DNA of 64,000 nt from Octopus vulgaris. Taxonomy: Eukaryota. The notes under the pieces are model-generated. The model was not told the DNA's origin. It ran no database searches and worked only from the letters and a program-made list of their open reading frames with translations. A program made the translations under genes and the position numbers. How positions within the stretch are numbered: position 1 is the first letter of the stretch; the number at the start of each line of letters is the position of its first letter. The stretch lies in contig OX597824.1 of assembly GCA_951406725.2 (NCBI GenBank), positions 18,104,001 through 18,168,000 of the forward strand, in the 5' to 3' direction. This document shows positions 25,953-38,227 of this stretch, one piece after another.

Positions 25953-27010
25953 TCGTATCTGTTTATCTCCCTATCAATCGCTTCAATTCTACGTAAAGTT
26001 GATATTTATCTCATGTCTCTTTCTTATTTCATCATACTACAGAAGAAAATTTTTAATCTTTCTATCGCATACACACAACCACACAAACAAACACATTCAA
26101 TCAGGCTAAATACACACACACACACAGACACGCTACAACAACAGCAACAACAACACCAACACACATGCTCTTCTCTTTTTCTCTCTCCCTCTCTCCCCAT
26201 ATCTCCCCTTTCATTTCATTTCTAATTCTTTCAATCTGTTTTTTATCTCTCCCTAGTACCATTCTCCTCTCACACACACACACACACCCATACACACATA
26301 CACCCATACACACACACACACACAGACATACACACACTTAAAACCACTCTTACTTCCTCCCTACTTCTCCCTCCTTTTTATGATGTTTTTTTTTTTCATG
26401 TTTTGTTGTTGCTGTTCACCCCTTCCCGCCTCGTCTTCTTTGCCAATGTAATTAAGTTAATTTCTAATACGTTCTCAAGGAGAACACGATTCCAGCTTCT
26501 GGTCAGTAATTTTCGGTAGATTCCATAATGAAAGTAACGACGGCAAAGAGAGATATAAGAGAGGGATGTACTCATGCACTGGTGTATCATAGAAGGGAGA
26601 AGCGCATTGTGGTTCAGAGGAAGTATTTGTTCATGTGCATATGCGTATTTATTAGTGTGTGTGTGTGCGTATGATGAGATGCTGCGTGTTGGGCAAGGGT
26701 GATGTGCTGGGCTGGAAGGAACCAAAGTCAAGGTGAATTGACTGCTGATTAGGACAGAAGAAGCAGGTAAAGGTACAGAAGGGCGTTTCACTACATTATA
26801 ACCTGCTACTCTTCAATGGAACTGAACCGAATTACACAAGAAACATCTGTAATGAAATCAACGAAGCGAAGGAAGAAAAAGAAAATGCGAAACACTTGAA
26901 AATAAAGAAGAAAAAATAATAAAGAAAGCTACAACAACAACAACAACAAAACAGAGCTTCGCATTCTACTGTTTTCCACCCGTCATTTATTCTCCCCCAC
27001 CACCACCACC

Positions 27011-27011
<1 letters not shown>

Positions 27012-27075
<64 letters not shown>

Positions 27076-27185
27076 TAATAATAATGATAAGAAGAAGAAG
27101 AATGATAATAATAATAATAATAATTATAATAATAGTAATGATAATAATAATAATAATAATAATGATAATAATAGTAATGATAATG

Positions 27186-27231
<46 letters not shown>

Positions 27232-27335
27232 TAACGACAATAATAATAATAATAATAATTATGACAATGATAATAATAATAATAATAATAATAATAGTAA
27301 TGATAATAATAATAATAATAATAATAATAGTAATG

Positions 27336-27369
<34 letters not shown>

Positions 27370-27376
27370 TAACAAC

Positions 27377-27435
<59 letters not shown>

Positions 27436-27540
27436 TAACAACAATAATAATAATAATAATAATAGTAATGATAATAATATTAATAATAATAATGATAACA
27501 ATAATAATAGTAATAATAATAACAATGATAATAATAATAA

Positions 27541-27571
<31 letters not shown>

Positions 27572-27575
27572 AATG

Positions 27576-27636
<61 letters not shown>

Positions 27637-27660
27637 TAATAATAATTATTATTATTATTA
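27012..27660. repeat. Long imperfect (TAA)n microsatellite
   Basis: Direct reading. Confidence 0.95.
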
Positions 27661-27992
27661 TTATAAAACAATATTGTTCATATATAAATTCAATAAAAAT
27701 TTACAGAAATATTTCGATAAAATGAAATAAATTTTCCTTAGATGAAATATTAAAAACAAAACCGATAGTTAGAAGCGCAAGATATTGAATATATGAAAAT
27801 ATATCTGTAACGCCCTATTTACATATATTCTGAAACAAACGTAAGCTATGATTCATTTCTGCATACGCACACGGCTTCCCTATTAGCTCACCTCATTAAA
27901 ATATTATACACGATATATATATGATTGTGGGTATGATTATGCATATATGCATACATACATACAAACATATATATATATATATATTTATATAT

Positions 27993-28437
27993 AGTCAATA
28001 ATAAAAGGGTAAAATTAATTAATTATTAATTAATAATTTTACCAAGTAGTGTTCAGTATGTAAAAAGACCATTTACGGTATATTTAAAACATTTCGTTAT
28101 ATAATTAGGGTTCAGTAAAAAAAATTACTTTACCACACACCGAACTTTTAGAAATAGCAGCCAAAGAATTTAGCTATTTCCTCTACTATAAGAAGAGTCT
28201 CCCAGACAATGTATACTCAAAAACAATTTACGTTGGTATAGAGGGGAAAATAACGAAAGATCACACGTACATCGATTACTTGAGAACGCCGTTTCTGGGT
28301 TAGTTATATATAGATATGCTAGAAATACATACCCATATCAACATTCCTGTCATCAGCCCAAGATTTCGTTAAGTTTAAATTTGAGAGCACTAAAAATCGA
28401 ACATACCCGTCTGATATGAGTAATCCCAGACGAACCA
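27993..28437 (-). mobile_element. Diverged relative of the 1-948 hammerhead element, inserted in (TA)n
   Basis: 28007-28205 aligns by eye with 1-197 (agggtaaaattaattaatt...accaagtagtgttcagtatgtaaaa...accacacaccgaac..ttagaaatagcagccaaaga..tagctatttcctctacta); (TA)n on both sides. Confidence 0.75.
28279..28362 (-). ncRNA. Type I hammerhead ribozyme motif (long stem II with an imperfect base)
   Basis: Minus strand: cttggg-CTGATGA-[~56-nt hairpin]-GAAA-cg g cg-TT-ctcaag. Confidence 0.65.
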
Positions 28438-28560
28438 TATATATATATATATATATATATATTGATAAAACGGTAAGATAACAAAAGAAAGAAAGAGACC
28501 TCAATATTATGTAAATAGAGGAAATTTATCTATACAATATGTTACATTACTCGGTAGTCA

Positions 28561-28623
28561 AGATAAAACTCTGAGTTTCAGATGCCGAAGTGGAAATCCA
28601 CAACACCATCTCTTCGGTTATCT
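28561..28623 (-). ncRNA. Mirror copy of the 30462-30524 hammerhead on the inverted arm
   Basis: Exact reverse complement. Confidence 0.65.
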
Positions 28624-29198
28624 GGCTATTTGAAAACGTTATGAAAAAATACCGTTAAAAATGAAGGGAAATTACTCTGTTATAACTCTGCTTTGCCTGC
28701 GTACTTATACATCGCTCGCATTTTTCGTCGTAAAAATTATATAAAAATACATAAAAATATATAAAAATATATAAAAATATATAAAATCTTCTTGGGACAT
28801 AACACAGAAAGCATGTTCTATCCGTTTTCTTTAGGGGACCAAAAACGTAACAGAAATTTAGTCACATGTGGGCATGATCCGAAAAGCTCTGTCCTTGTAT
28901 TTAGACATGTGGTAGGGTCTAAGCTGCTTTTCCAGATAAGCCATCTCTCCATGTCGCATAAACCGCACCTTCCGCTGCCGTTAGTATAGGGCTTACATCT
29001 GGCCAAAATCTTCCATTGTATGTTATAATCGACACCTTTATCTCTTAAAGACCAAATATGATTGGATAATTGTGTCGCTTTTCTTTTGTTCCAGTGCCTA
29101 AAGCTCAAAGTGTGGTTATTGAACCTGGCCTTGAAATTACCCTCTGTCAGGCCCACGTATTTCTTCGTCGAAACGGTGTCTTTAGTGGTTATAGAGTT

Positions 29199-30267
29199 AA
29201 CAGCTAATACAAATGGACCAGCACAAGATCGTTTTAGGAAGGATATTATCCAGTTAATGAAACACTTCGGACTTAGTATAACTATAGACACTAACCTGAC
29301 GGTTGTCAATTTCTTAGACGTTTCCTTAGATCTTAATAATAATATTTATAAGCCTTATAGGAAGCCCAATGATAGACTAAGTTATATTAATGTAGGTTCA
29401 TGCCATCCCCCTATAGTATTCAAAAATTTAGTTAAAAATATTAGTAAGAGGATTTCTAGCCTCTCATCTAATGAGGACATCTTCAATAGCGTTGCCCCAG
29501 TTTATAATAAAGCTTTAAAAGATAGTGGTTTTAGCGAAAAAATAAAATATACACCTATCACCAGCCCAACAATAAGGAAAAGGAATAATAGAAATAGGAA
29601 GGTCATCTGGTTTACGCCCCCTTACTCACCCGAGGTGGCCTTCAATATAGGTAAATATTTCCTAGCACTGATAGATAGACATTTTCCAGTTAACCATGCT
29701 TATAGGAAACTCTTCAATAGACACAATTTAAAAATTAGTTTTAGTTCAACTACCAATTTTAAAAACATAATCAATCATAACATACAAAAAACACAAGAAG
29801 AAAACAGCTGTTCATGCAGGAATAAAGAATTGTGCCCGCTAAATGGAGCTTGCATGTCCAAGACCATCATATATGAAGCTACCGTAAACTCTATAACCAC
29901 TAAAGACACCGTTTCGACGAAGAAATACGTGGGCCTGACAGAGGGTAATTTCAAGGCCAGGTTCAATAACCACACTTTGAGCTTTAGGCACTGGAACAAA
30001 AGAAAAGCGACACAATTATCCAATCATATTTGGTCTTTAAGAGATAAAGGTGTCGATTATAACATACAATGGAAGATTTTGGCCAGATGTAAGCCCTATA
30101 CTAACGGCAGCGGAAGGTGCGGTTTATGCGACATGGAGAGATGGCTTATCTGGAAAAGCAGCTTAGACCCTACCACATGTCTAAATACAAGGACAGAGCT
30201 TTTCGGATCATGCCCACATGTGACTAAATTTCTGTTACGTTTTTGGTCCCCTAAAGAAAACGGATAG
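29199..30267 (+). CDS. PLE polyprotein C-terminal part: RT motifs 6-7/thumb, Cys linker and GIY-YIG endonuclease; the catalytic YxDD is absent
   Basis: VNFLDVSLDL, YRKPN...YINVGSCHPP, VIWFTPPYS, CSCRNKELCPLNGAC, IIYEATV...KKYVGLTEGNFKARFNNH, CGLCDMERWLI, LNTRTE. Frame is open; first in-frame ATG is at 29257. The ~46 N-terminal residues of track ORF 29062 are antisense sequence from the inverted arm. Confidence 0.88.
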
Positions 30268-30461
30268 AACATGCTTTCTGTGTTATGTCCCAAGAAGATT
30301 TTATATATTTTTATATATTTTTATATATTTTTATGTATTTTTATATAATTTTTACGACGAAAAATGCGAGCGATGTATAAGTACGCAGGCAAAGCAGAGT
30401 TATAACAGAGTAATTTCCCTTCATTTTTAACGGTATTTTTTCATAACGTTTTCAAATAGCC

Positions 30462-30524
30462 AGATAACCGAAGAGATGGTGTTGTGGATTTCCACTTCGG
30501 CATCTGAAACTCAGAGTTTTATCT
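30462..30524 (+). ncRNA. Variant type I hammerhead in the PLE 3'UTR/pseudo-LTR
   Basis: agataa-CCGAAGA-gatg[gtgtt gtgga tt tccac ttcgg]catc-t-GAAA-ctc a gag-TT-ttatct; U4C core and one extra U before G12. Confidence 0.65.
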
Positions 30525-30850
30525 TGACTACCGAGTAATGTAACATATTGTATAGATATATATATATATATATATATATAAATGTGTGTGCGTGTGTATA
30601 AAAGCAGATGACATGGAACAAACGATTATCTTGTGAACTTCATTAGACTTGCAGCTGTCTTCCCTATAAAATGCAGGGTACACATACTTGAGTATCTCAG
30701 TAATAACTATTGAGTTCTACTCCAGGTTATTTGTGCTGCAATAACTAAGCGAAATATATATATATCTAAGCTCTAAACAATTTTGGGGGCAATGAAAATT
30801 TTGTCATAATTTAATTATACAATTCTTCAAATATATAAATACGTACGTGC

Positions 30851-30916
<66 letters not shown>

Positions 30917-31139
30917 GACGGGCTTCTTTCAGTTTCCGTTTAGCAAGTCTATTCACAAGGATTTGGTCGGCCCGCGGTTATAATAGAAAACACACACACA
31001 CACACACATATATATATATGATTGATTGATTGATTGATTCTAGTTTCAGCTCATGAGCTGTGGCCATATATATATACACATATATATTCATATATATCCA
31101 TATATATATATATATATATATGGATATCATGCATTTTCT

Positions 31140-31481
31140 AATTCTACCTGTTTCAGTCATTCGACTACGGCAACACTGAGACCCTGCCTTGCGGTATTTT
31201 GATCGAACTTTTCGACCCTAGGACTGTTATTTTTCTGTTCTTTTTTTTTTGTCGTAAGGCTTAGTACTTATACTATTGGTCTTTGGCCGAACCGCTGAGT
31301 TACGGGGATGTAAACACCCAACACCGGCTGCTAATTAATGGTTGCGGTGAAACACATGTAGAAAGACATTCACGCACCTACACAAACATACAGAGTGAGT
31401 GGATATTGTGAACGGAAACTGAAAGGAGCCCCGCGTACATATATATAAATACACACACACGCACACACACATATATACACA

Positions 31482-31536
<55 letters not shown>

Positions 31537-31660
31537 ATATACAAGACATTTGTCAGCCCGAGGCAGGCTATTGTAGAAATCAACTTTCCAGGGTACCATA
31601 CAGTGGAACTGAACTCTGAGCCATGTGGTGGGAAATTAAACTTCCTGCCACACGGTCACG
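31140..31660 (-). mobile_element. SINE family A, old diverged copy
   Basis: Tail tgtttcagtcattcgactacggc... and head ...cagtggaactgaac...ccacacggtcac. Confidence 0.6.
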
Positions 31661-31769
31661 TCTACAGAGACACCCAAAATACATACAAGTACCTACAGAC
31701 AGATATATATTTATAAAGTACATGCACTTAGATTCTAGTTTGTAGCTACTTTCAATAGTTATGGTAGCA

Positions 31770-31853
31770 GAAGAAGAAGAAGAAGAAGAAGAAGAAGAAG
31801 AAGAAGAAGAAGAAGAAGAAGAAGAAGAAGAAGAAGAAGAAGAAGAAGAAGAA
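31770..31853. repeat. (GAA)n microsatellite
   Basis: Direct reading; another (GAA)n lies at 17186-17258. Confidence 0.95.
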
Positions 31854-31890
31854 GCGGACAATTGATACTATCACTAGCAGAATTCGAACA

Positions 31891-31940
<50 letters not shown>

Positions 31941-32026
31941 TCTCTCTCCTTTTGTATGCATTGCCCACAAAGGGCTACACACAGAGGGGACAAACCAGGA
32001 CAAACGGATTAAATCGATTATATCGA

Positions 32027-32258
32027 CCGGCGGCGAGCTGGCAGACACGTTACCGTGCCGGGCGAAATGCTTAGCGGTATTTCGTCTGTCGTTACGTTCT
32101 GAGTTCAAATTCCACCGTGGTCGACTTTGCCTTTTATCCTTTCGGTGTCGATTAAATAAGTACCAGTTACGCACTGGGGTCGATGTAATCGACTTAATCC
32201 CTTTGTCTGTCCTTGTTTGTCCCCTCTGTGTTTAGCCTCTTGTGGACAATAAAGAAAT
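32027..32258 (+). mobile_element. SINE family B, full copy, with an inverted tail fragment at 31960-32027
   Basis: Homology to other copies. Confidence 0.8.
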
Positions 32259-32259
32259 A

Positions 32260-32342
32260 TATATCGACCCTAGGACTTATTCTTTTAAGCCTAGTACTTA
32301 TTCTATCTGTTGTCATACGATGGTGTGAGGACAAACATATAA

Positions 32343-32404
<62 letters not shown>

Positions 32405-32570
32405 GATACATATACGACGGGCTTCTTTCAGTTTCCGTTTTGCAAACCACTCACAAGGATTTGGTCGTCCGAGGTTATATTACAAGACACTTGCCCAACG
32501 TTCCACGCAGTAGAATTGAACCCAGAACTATGCGGTTGGTAAGTAAGTTACTTACCACACAGCCACAGCA
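32260..32570 (-). mobile_element. SINE family A, internally deleted
   Basis: Homology to other copies. Confidence 0.7.
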
Positions 32571-33142
32571 TATATATATATAGTCTGAACTCACATACAC
32601 GCAGGACTTTGAGCACATGTGGAATGCCTGTATAAAACATAATCTAGGAACATTAACTGCTGTGTTAATTATATTATTCGCTAAGTCCTTTTAACTCAAC
32701 CGATATAAGCTCACAAACAATTATAAACATGTTTCAATAGATATCCGTATGCGCAACACTCATTCAAACATCGAGCATACAGTGACGTATATAGATACGT
32801 GGCGTGTAAGCGCGCGCGTTTACGTAGAGAGACGCACGTGTATATGTTTAAATAATCCATCAGACACGGAAGGTGGATGAATACGAATCACAGCATCACG
32901 TGTTCTATTGTGAATTTGTAGTTTTCATTGAGTGAAATCGCGAATCCATTAGCAATTTTGTAAATGTAATTTCTTGGTGTCATTGAAGCTACAACTATTC
33001 ATTTTCCCCGCTTGAAGTAAACAAAAAAATAAACAACGAAACAAATTACAAAAAAAAAAAAAAAAAAAAAAACATAAATGTAATCATTGGTATATATATA
33101 TATATATATATATATACATGTTCGTGTGTGCATGCGTATGTA

Positions 33143-33270
<128 letters not shown>

Positions 33271-33729
33271 TATATATGCATGGATTATATGAATTATACG
33301 CTTTTACGATGTCGTGCGCTAGTGTATATTTTGTCACATTTCGTTTTAAAGAAAAGAAAAAATATGCTTAAGTGGAAAGTATATGGATGCGTCCTGGCCA
33401 TCGGCACTTGTATATGTACTAGACATGCATTGACGTACGTTGACGAAATTGAACTCACTGAAATGTGTGTGTGTGTGGCTGGGGGTAGGTTGGGGTGTTG
33501 ATGTGGCATATAGTCATGAATATATACACATCATATATGTCTATAAGTAAGCATTTGTGTTGTGTGTTATATTTTCATTTTGTGGGTACGTAGATATTTA
33601 TCTAGCATGTAAAATATCTACTGAATTTATTATATTAAAGCAAGTTTAAGCTACCAATATAACATCTACTGATTATTGTACTCATTATTGTGATTAGAGT
33701 TCCACTTTTATATATCTATCTATATATAT

Positions 33730-33760
33730 ATAGATAGATAGAGAGAGAGAGACAGAGATG

Positions 33761-33821
<61 letters not shown>

Positions 33822-33894
33822 GTAGGTAGGTAGGTAGGTAGGTAGGTAGGTAGGTAGGTAGGTAAGTAAGTAGATAGATAGGTAGATAGGTAGG

Positions 33895-33986
<92 letters not shown>

Positions 33987-34015
33987 CAGATAGATAGATG
34001 GATAGATAGATAGAT
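33730..34015. repeat. (GATA)n/(GGTA)n microsatellite
   Basis: Direct reading. Confidence 0.95.
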
Positions 34016-34475
34016 AAAACTTACTTGGAAAAGGATGCGTGGTGTTCGATCATATAATAATATAAATAAAATATAAATATATGCACATATATATATATTT
34101 ATATGTATGTATGTATGTATGTACTTGTGTGTGTACATATATTACATATTCATAAAGCAGCAGACATTTGAACATCATTATCATCTTATAGAATTTCTCT
34201 GAATGCATCATCTTCTCTTTGCAGGTGCAGTTTTCTGCAAATGCCCCAATATCTAACTTTCACATCTACTTATTTTCCAAGCATGGATATTAAAACCTTC
34301 GACATCGTATAATTTAAATTTGCTTTTCATGTATAAATTCGGAAATACACAAATTATATACTTACATACATAAAGGCAGATACATACACGCATATATGTG
34401 AATATGTACACACACACACACACACACGCACACGCACAAAACACACACACACACATATATATGTATATACAAATT

Positions 34476-34787
34476 GGCACTTCTTCGGTTACGACGAGGT
34501 TTCCAGTTAATCAACGGTACTGCTTGCGCGTGGAATTAACGTGCAATTGGCTGAGTACTCCACAGATATGCGTACCCTTAATCTAGTTCACAGGGAGATT
34601 CAGCATGACGCAGAATGGGAAAAGTCTGGCCGTTCTGAATTACAGGTACTACTCATTTTTGCCTACTGAGTAAGCAAGAGCAAGGCGAAATAAAGTGTCT
34701 TGCTCAAGAACGCAACGCGTCACCGGGAATTGAACACACGACGTTACCATCGTGAGCCGAATACCCTACCCGCTAAGCCACGCGCTT
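34476..34787 (-). mobile_element. SINE family D, diverged
   Basis: Reverse-complement homology to 51720-52045. Confidence 0.7.
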
Positions 34788-35949
34788 TCACTATACACAC
34801 ATACATACATACATACATACATATATACACACACACACATACATACATACATACATACATACATACATACATACAATCATACATACATACATACACACAA
34901 TCATACATACATACATACATACAATCATACATACATACATACATACATACATACATACATACATACATACATACATACATACATACATACATACGGGGTA
35001 TAAACACACCAGCATCGGTTGTAAAACGATAGCGGGGCGGGAACAGACACAATAAAACTTCTCACCTCCGTAACACGGACCACACCTTCGAACCCACCAC
35101 TGAAGCTCTACGTGAACTTAATTTGAACTAGTACCTAAAATTATCCTTCCTGTAAAACTTCCTCTTGAGAACGACTATATTCACCTGTCCACCGCTGGAC
35201 GAATTAACATGGATCCTAAAATACTTCACAGAAAGTCTGTATTTTATTTCCCAATGCTATATCCAAATCATTATACTTAGATGTACTTCACTTACATCCT
35301 CATGCTTGTTCATATTTTTACCCCTCTTCTGCTTCTACTCTATTTTAAAAAAAGACAAACACTGTAGCTATTATTAACTGTTTTCATATGCGTTAGCTCC
35401 TCCTCAATCACCTAGAACCTCTGAAGAATCCTTGAGGCACATTCATCATCCTAGCCTTATCTGCTCATCCCTACATAACACTGAAAAAATGGAGATATGC
35501 TGGAAGATTTCGTTTCCTTTTGGCAGAAACGGCCGTAAGAAACTAGCATCTACACATCCATTCGGTTTTACTGACAATCTGTTCATTTACTCAAACACTT
35601 GTTCCTATAAGATTATATGCTTCCGCATCCTTGTTTTTGCAATTACCAACTCTTTATATTTGATAATATGTACCACTTATACATGTGTATGTATTCATGT
35701 GGTACATTGGAATGAATAGACATACTGCAATGTTTACCAGCTGATGTCTGTCGATTTTGTATCCTCTCCACCTTCTTTTTTTCCGTATACATATATATAT
35801 ATATATGTGTGTATGTGTGTGTGTGTTTGTGTGTGTATATATGTGCGCGTGTATGAGTGTGTGTGTGTATGTGTGTGTGCATGTGTGTGTGTGTGTGCGT
35901 GGTTGTCTACTCCTTATGCAGAGTTTGAACACCTCATTTACCTATACCT

Positions 35950-36590
35950 TAGAACCATCATGCCATCTGATATGGCTTTTTAAACCAGACAATATTCTGA
36001 AAGGACACCCAAATAGATTGCATATCCGATTCCGAACACCAAGAGCTGACTGTTAAGTTCTGATCTTTGTGGATCTTAAAATGTCTTTTGAGGCTTCCGT
36101 TAGATTTGCAAACCTTACTGGCATACATTGCATTGAAATGTGTGCACAGACATATAGGCAGAATTGTTGGTGGACGTTCGTTTTCCATGGATTCGCAAAT
36201 AAGATTTGAGCCCAGCAAACGAGAGGCATGTTCTGTCACAAAATGTGCACACAAAAAGGTCATTGTGATTCACCTCTTCAGTCTTCTGTGTGTTACCTTG
36301 TCCTCTTCAAATGCTTTCACTCCACTTCACACTTTTGTTCACCATCCAGCTCGATCCAAAGCAAGGGTTTCTATGTCTTTTGGACCCATTTCAATTGACT
36401 TCATAGTAGTCCTTATGCCGTCCTTAAACCTTTTTTTTTTAGGTTTACGCCGATAGCGTTTTTCCTCTGCAAGCTCAGCATAAAAAACAGCTGTTTAGGC
36501 ATGCATTCATCCGCCATTCGAGCAATATGGCCACACCATCTCATTTGGGTTCCCAAAATCATAGCTCTAATTGACGTGATGCCTGCACAT
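35950..36590 (-). pseudogene. RTE-BovB-like LINE 3' fragment
   Basis: Minus strand reads QMRWCGHIARMADECMPKQLF/YAELAEEKR...KRFKDGIRTTMK...ETLALDRAGW*...GVKAFEE, then a C2H2-like KVCKSNGSLKRHFKIH; contains stops and frameshifts. Confidence 0.8.
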
Positions 36591-36606
36591 GCAATATATA
36601 TATATA

Positions 36607-36802
36607 ACGGGAAGGTTTACGAAAATAAACAAAAAAACGAAGGCAGGTGGAGTACAAACAAACAAATGTATCAGTATGGCGCTCGAGAATAGAAATAGAA
36701 CAAGTCTTTTACGTTTCGAGCCTACGCTCTTCGACAGAAAGATACACAGAAAAACAACAAGGAGAGAAACAAGGAGAGAAAAAAATTGCGTGTAGGAGCT
36801 AA

Positions 36803-36805
<3 letters not shown>
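36607..36805 (-). mobile_element. Minimal-hammerhead element (9318 family) in (TA)n
   Basis: HHR 36705-36742(-): tcttt-CTGTCGA-a-gagc gtag gctc-GAAA-cg-TA-aaaga, with a perfect stem I. Confidence 0.8.
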
Positions 36806-36840
<35 letters not shown>

Positions 36841-36845
36841 TGCAT

Positions 36846-37003
36846 CTTAGTCACATCTACTATACCCGCTACTCTATTAACGAGCCAACGTGGGAGTCTG
36901 TTTCGTGGTCCGTCCACCAATTAGAAATAGCAGCAATTTCGCCCACTAATCGCAACATATCTTATTTTACAAAAGATGACACATAGGATGTGTTCATAGA
37001 TAT
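36846..37003 (+). repeat. About 157-bp segment duplicated at about 39006-39163
   Basis: cttagtcacatctactatacc...attagaaatagcagcaatttcgcccactaatc...gatgtgttcatagatat is present twice with few differences. Confidence 0.85.
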
Positions 37004-37216
37004 ATATTTGTGTGCGTGTTTTTGTGTTTGTCCCCAACCCACCATCGTTTTACGACCGATGCTGGTGTGTTTATACCTCGTAACGAAGCGATTCGGGAAA
37101 AGTGACCGATAGAATAAGTAAGTCCTGTGGTCGATTTCTTCGACTAACCCCTTTTAAGGCGGTGCTCCAGCATGACTACAGTCAAATGACTGAAAGAAAA
37201 AATAAGAGTATAAAAG

Positions 37217-37380
37217 GCACAGGAGTGGCTGTGTGGTAGGTAGCTTGTTTACCAACCACATGGTTCCGGGTTCAGTCCCACTGCGTGGCACCTTGGGCAA
37301 GTGTCTTCTACTATAGCCTCGGGCCGACCAAAGCCTTGTGAGTGGATGTGGTAGACGGAAACTGAAAGAAGCCCGTCGTA

Positions 37381-37428
<48 letters not shown>

Positions 37429-37665
37429 CGTGTGTGTGTTTGTGTGTCTGTGATTGTCCCCCTAGCATTGCTTGACAACCGATGCTGGTGTGTTTATGTC
37501 CCCGTTACTTAGCGGTTCGGCAAAAGAGACCGATAGAATAAGTACTGGGCTTACAAAAGAATAAGTCCTGGGTTCGAGTTGCCCGATTAAAGGCGGTGCT
37601 CCAGCATTGCCGCAGTCAAATGACTGAAACAACTAAAAAAGTAAAAGAGTAAAGAGTAAAGAGTA
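37217..37665 (+). mobile_element. SINE family A, full length (best-preserved copy)
   Basis: A-box tggctgtgtgg, B-box ggttcagtccc, CORE-like ccttgggcaagtgtcttc, internal (TA)n(TG)n, (AAAGAGT)n tail. Confidence 0.88.
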
Positions 37666-38048
37666 TTTGTCACTCTGTCTGTCTGTCTGTATGTATGTAT
37701 GTATATCTCCCGAGAAATGAGCTTACTGAGACACGTCTTAAGCGAGGTAGTCGATCATATGATCTCCGGTGCTTGTGTTTATAAGACTAGAACTTACTCT
37801 ATACCGTACACTTCGTTGAACAGTTAAGTTCAGTTGAGATAAAATACCAACATGTGTTCCCAATATGTAAGGAACAGCCGTAAACATGAAGACGTACACA
37901 GACACAAACACACACAAACATACACACACACATAAACTCATTCTCACCACACATGTGTGTGTACGTGTGTGTATATGTGTGTGTGTCTGTGTGAGTGTTT
38001 TCGTGTGTGTGTGTGCACTCGCTTACATGTGTATACATGTATGTATAG

Positions 38049-38227
38049 ATCGTTAGCCACTACACACATTTTTTCTCTCCTTGTTTTTTCTGTGTCCCTT
38101 TCTGTAGAAGGGCGCTGGCTCGAAACGTAAAAGACTTTTTCTATTCATGAGCATTATACTAATACATCTGTTTGTTTTGTACACCACCTGTCTTCGTCTT
38201 TTGTTGATTTTTTCGTAAACTCTCCCT
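38049..38227 (+). mobile_element. Minimal-hammerhead element (9318 family)
   Basis: HHR 38098-38133: cttt-CTGTAGA-a-gggc gctg gctc-GAAA-cg-TA-aaag. Confidence 0.72.

Larger units (their letters stand above)
28463..30558 (+). mobile_element. Penelope-like retroelement, 5'-truncated with an inverted 3' copy (tentatively Nematis-like), inserted in (TA)n
   Basis: 672-bp inverted arms 28527-29198 and 29887-30558 appear identical; (TA)n at both ends; PLE RT-thumb plus GIY-YIG ORF; HHR-like motif in the 3'UTR. Confidence 0.92.

Noticed and set aside
29062-29198. N-terminus of the 401-aa ORF
   Set aside because: Antisense read of the inverted arm with a TTG start; not part of the native PLE protein
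28818-29309. 163-aa minus-strand ORF as a separate gene
   Set aside because: It is the inverted copy of the PLE endonuclease C-terminus fused to antisense sequence
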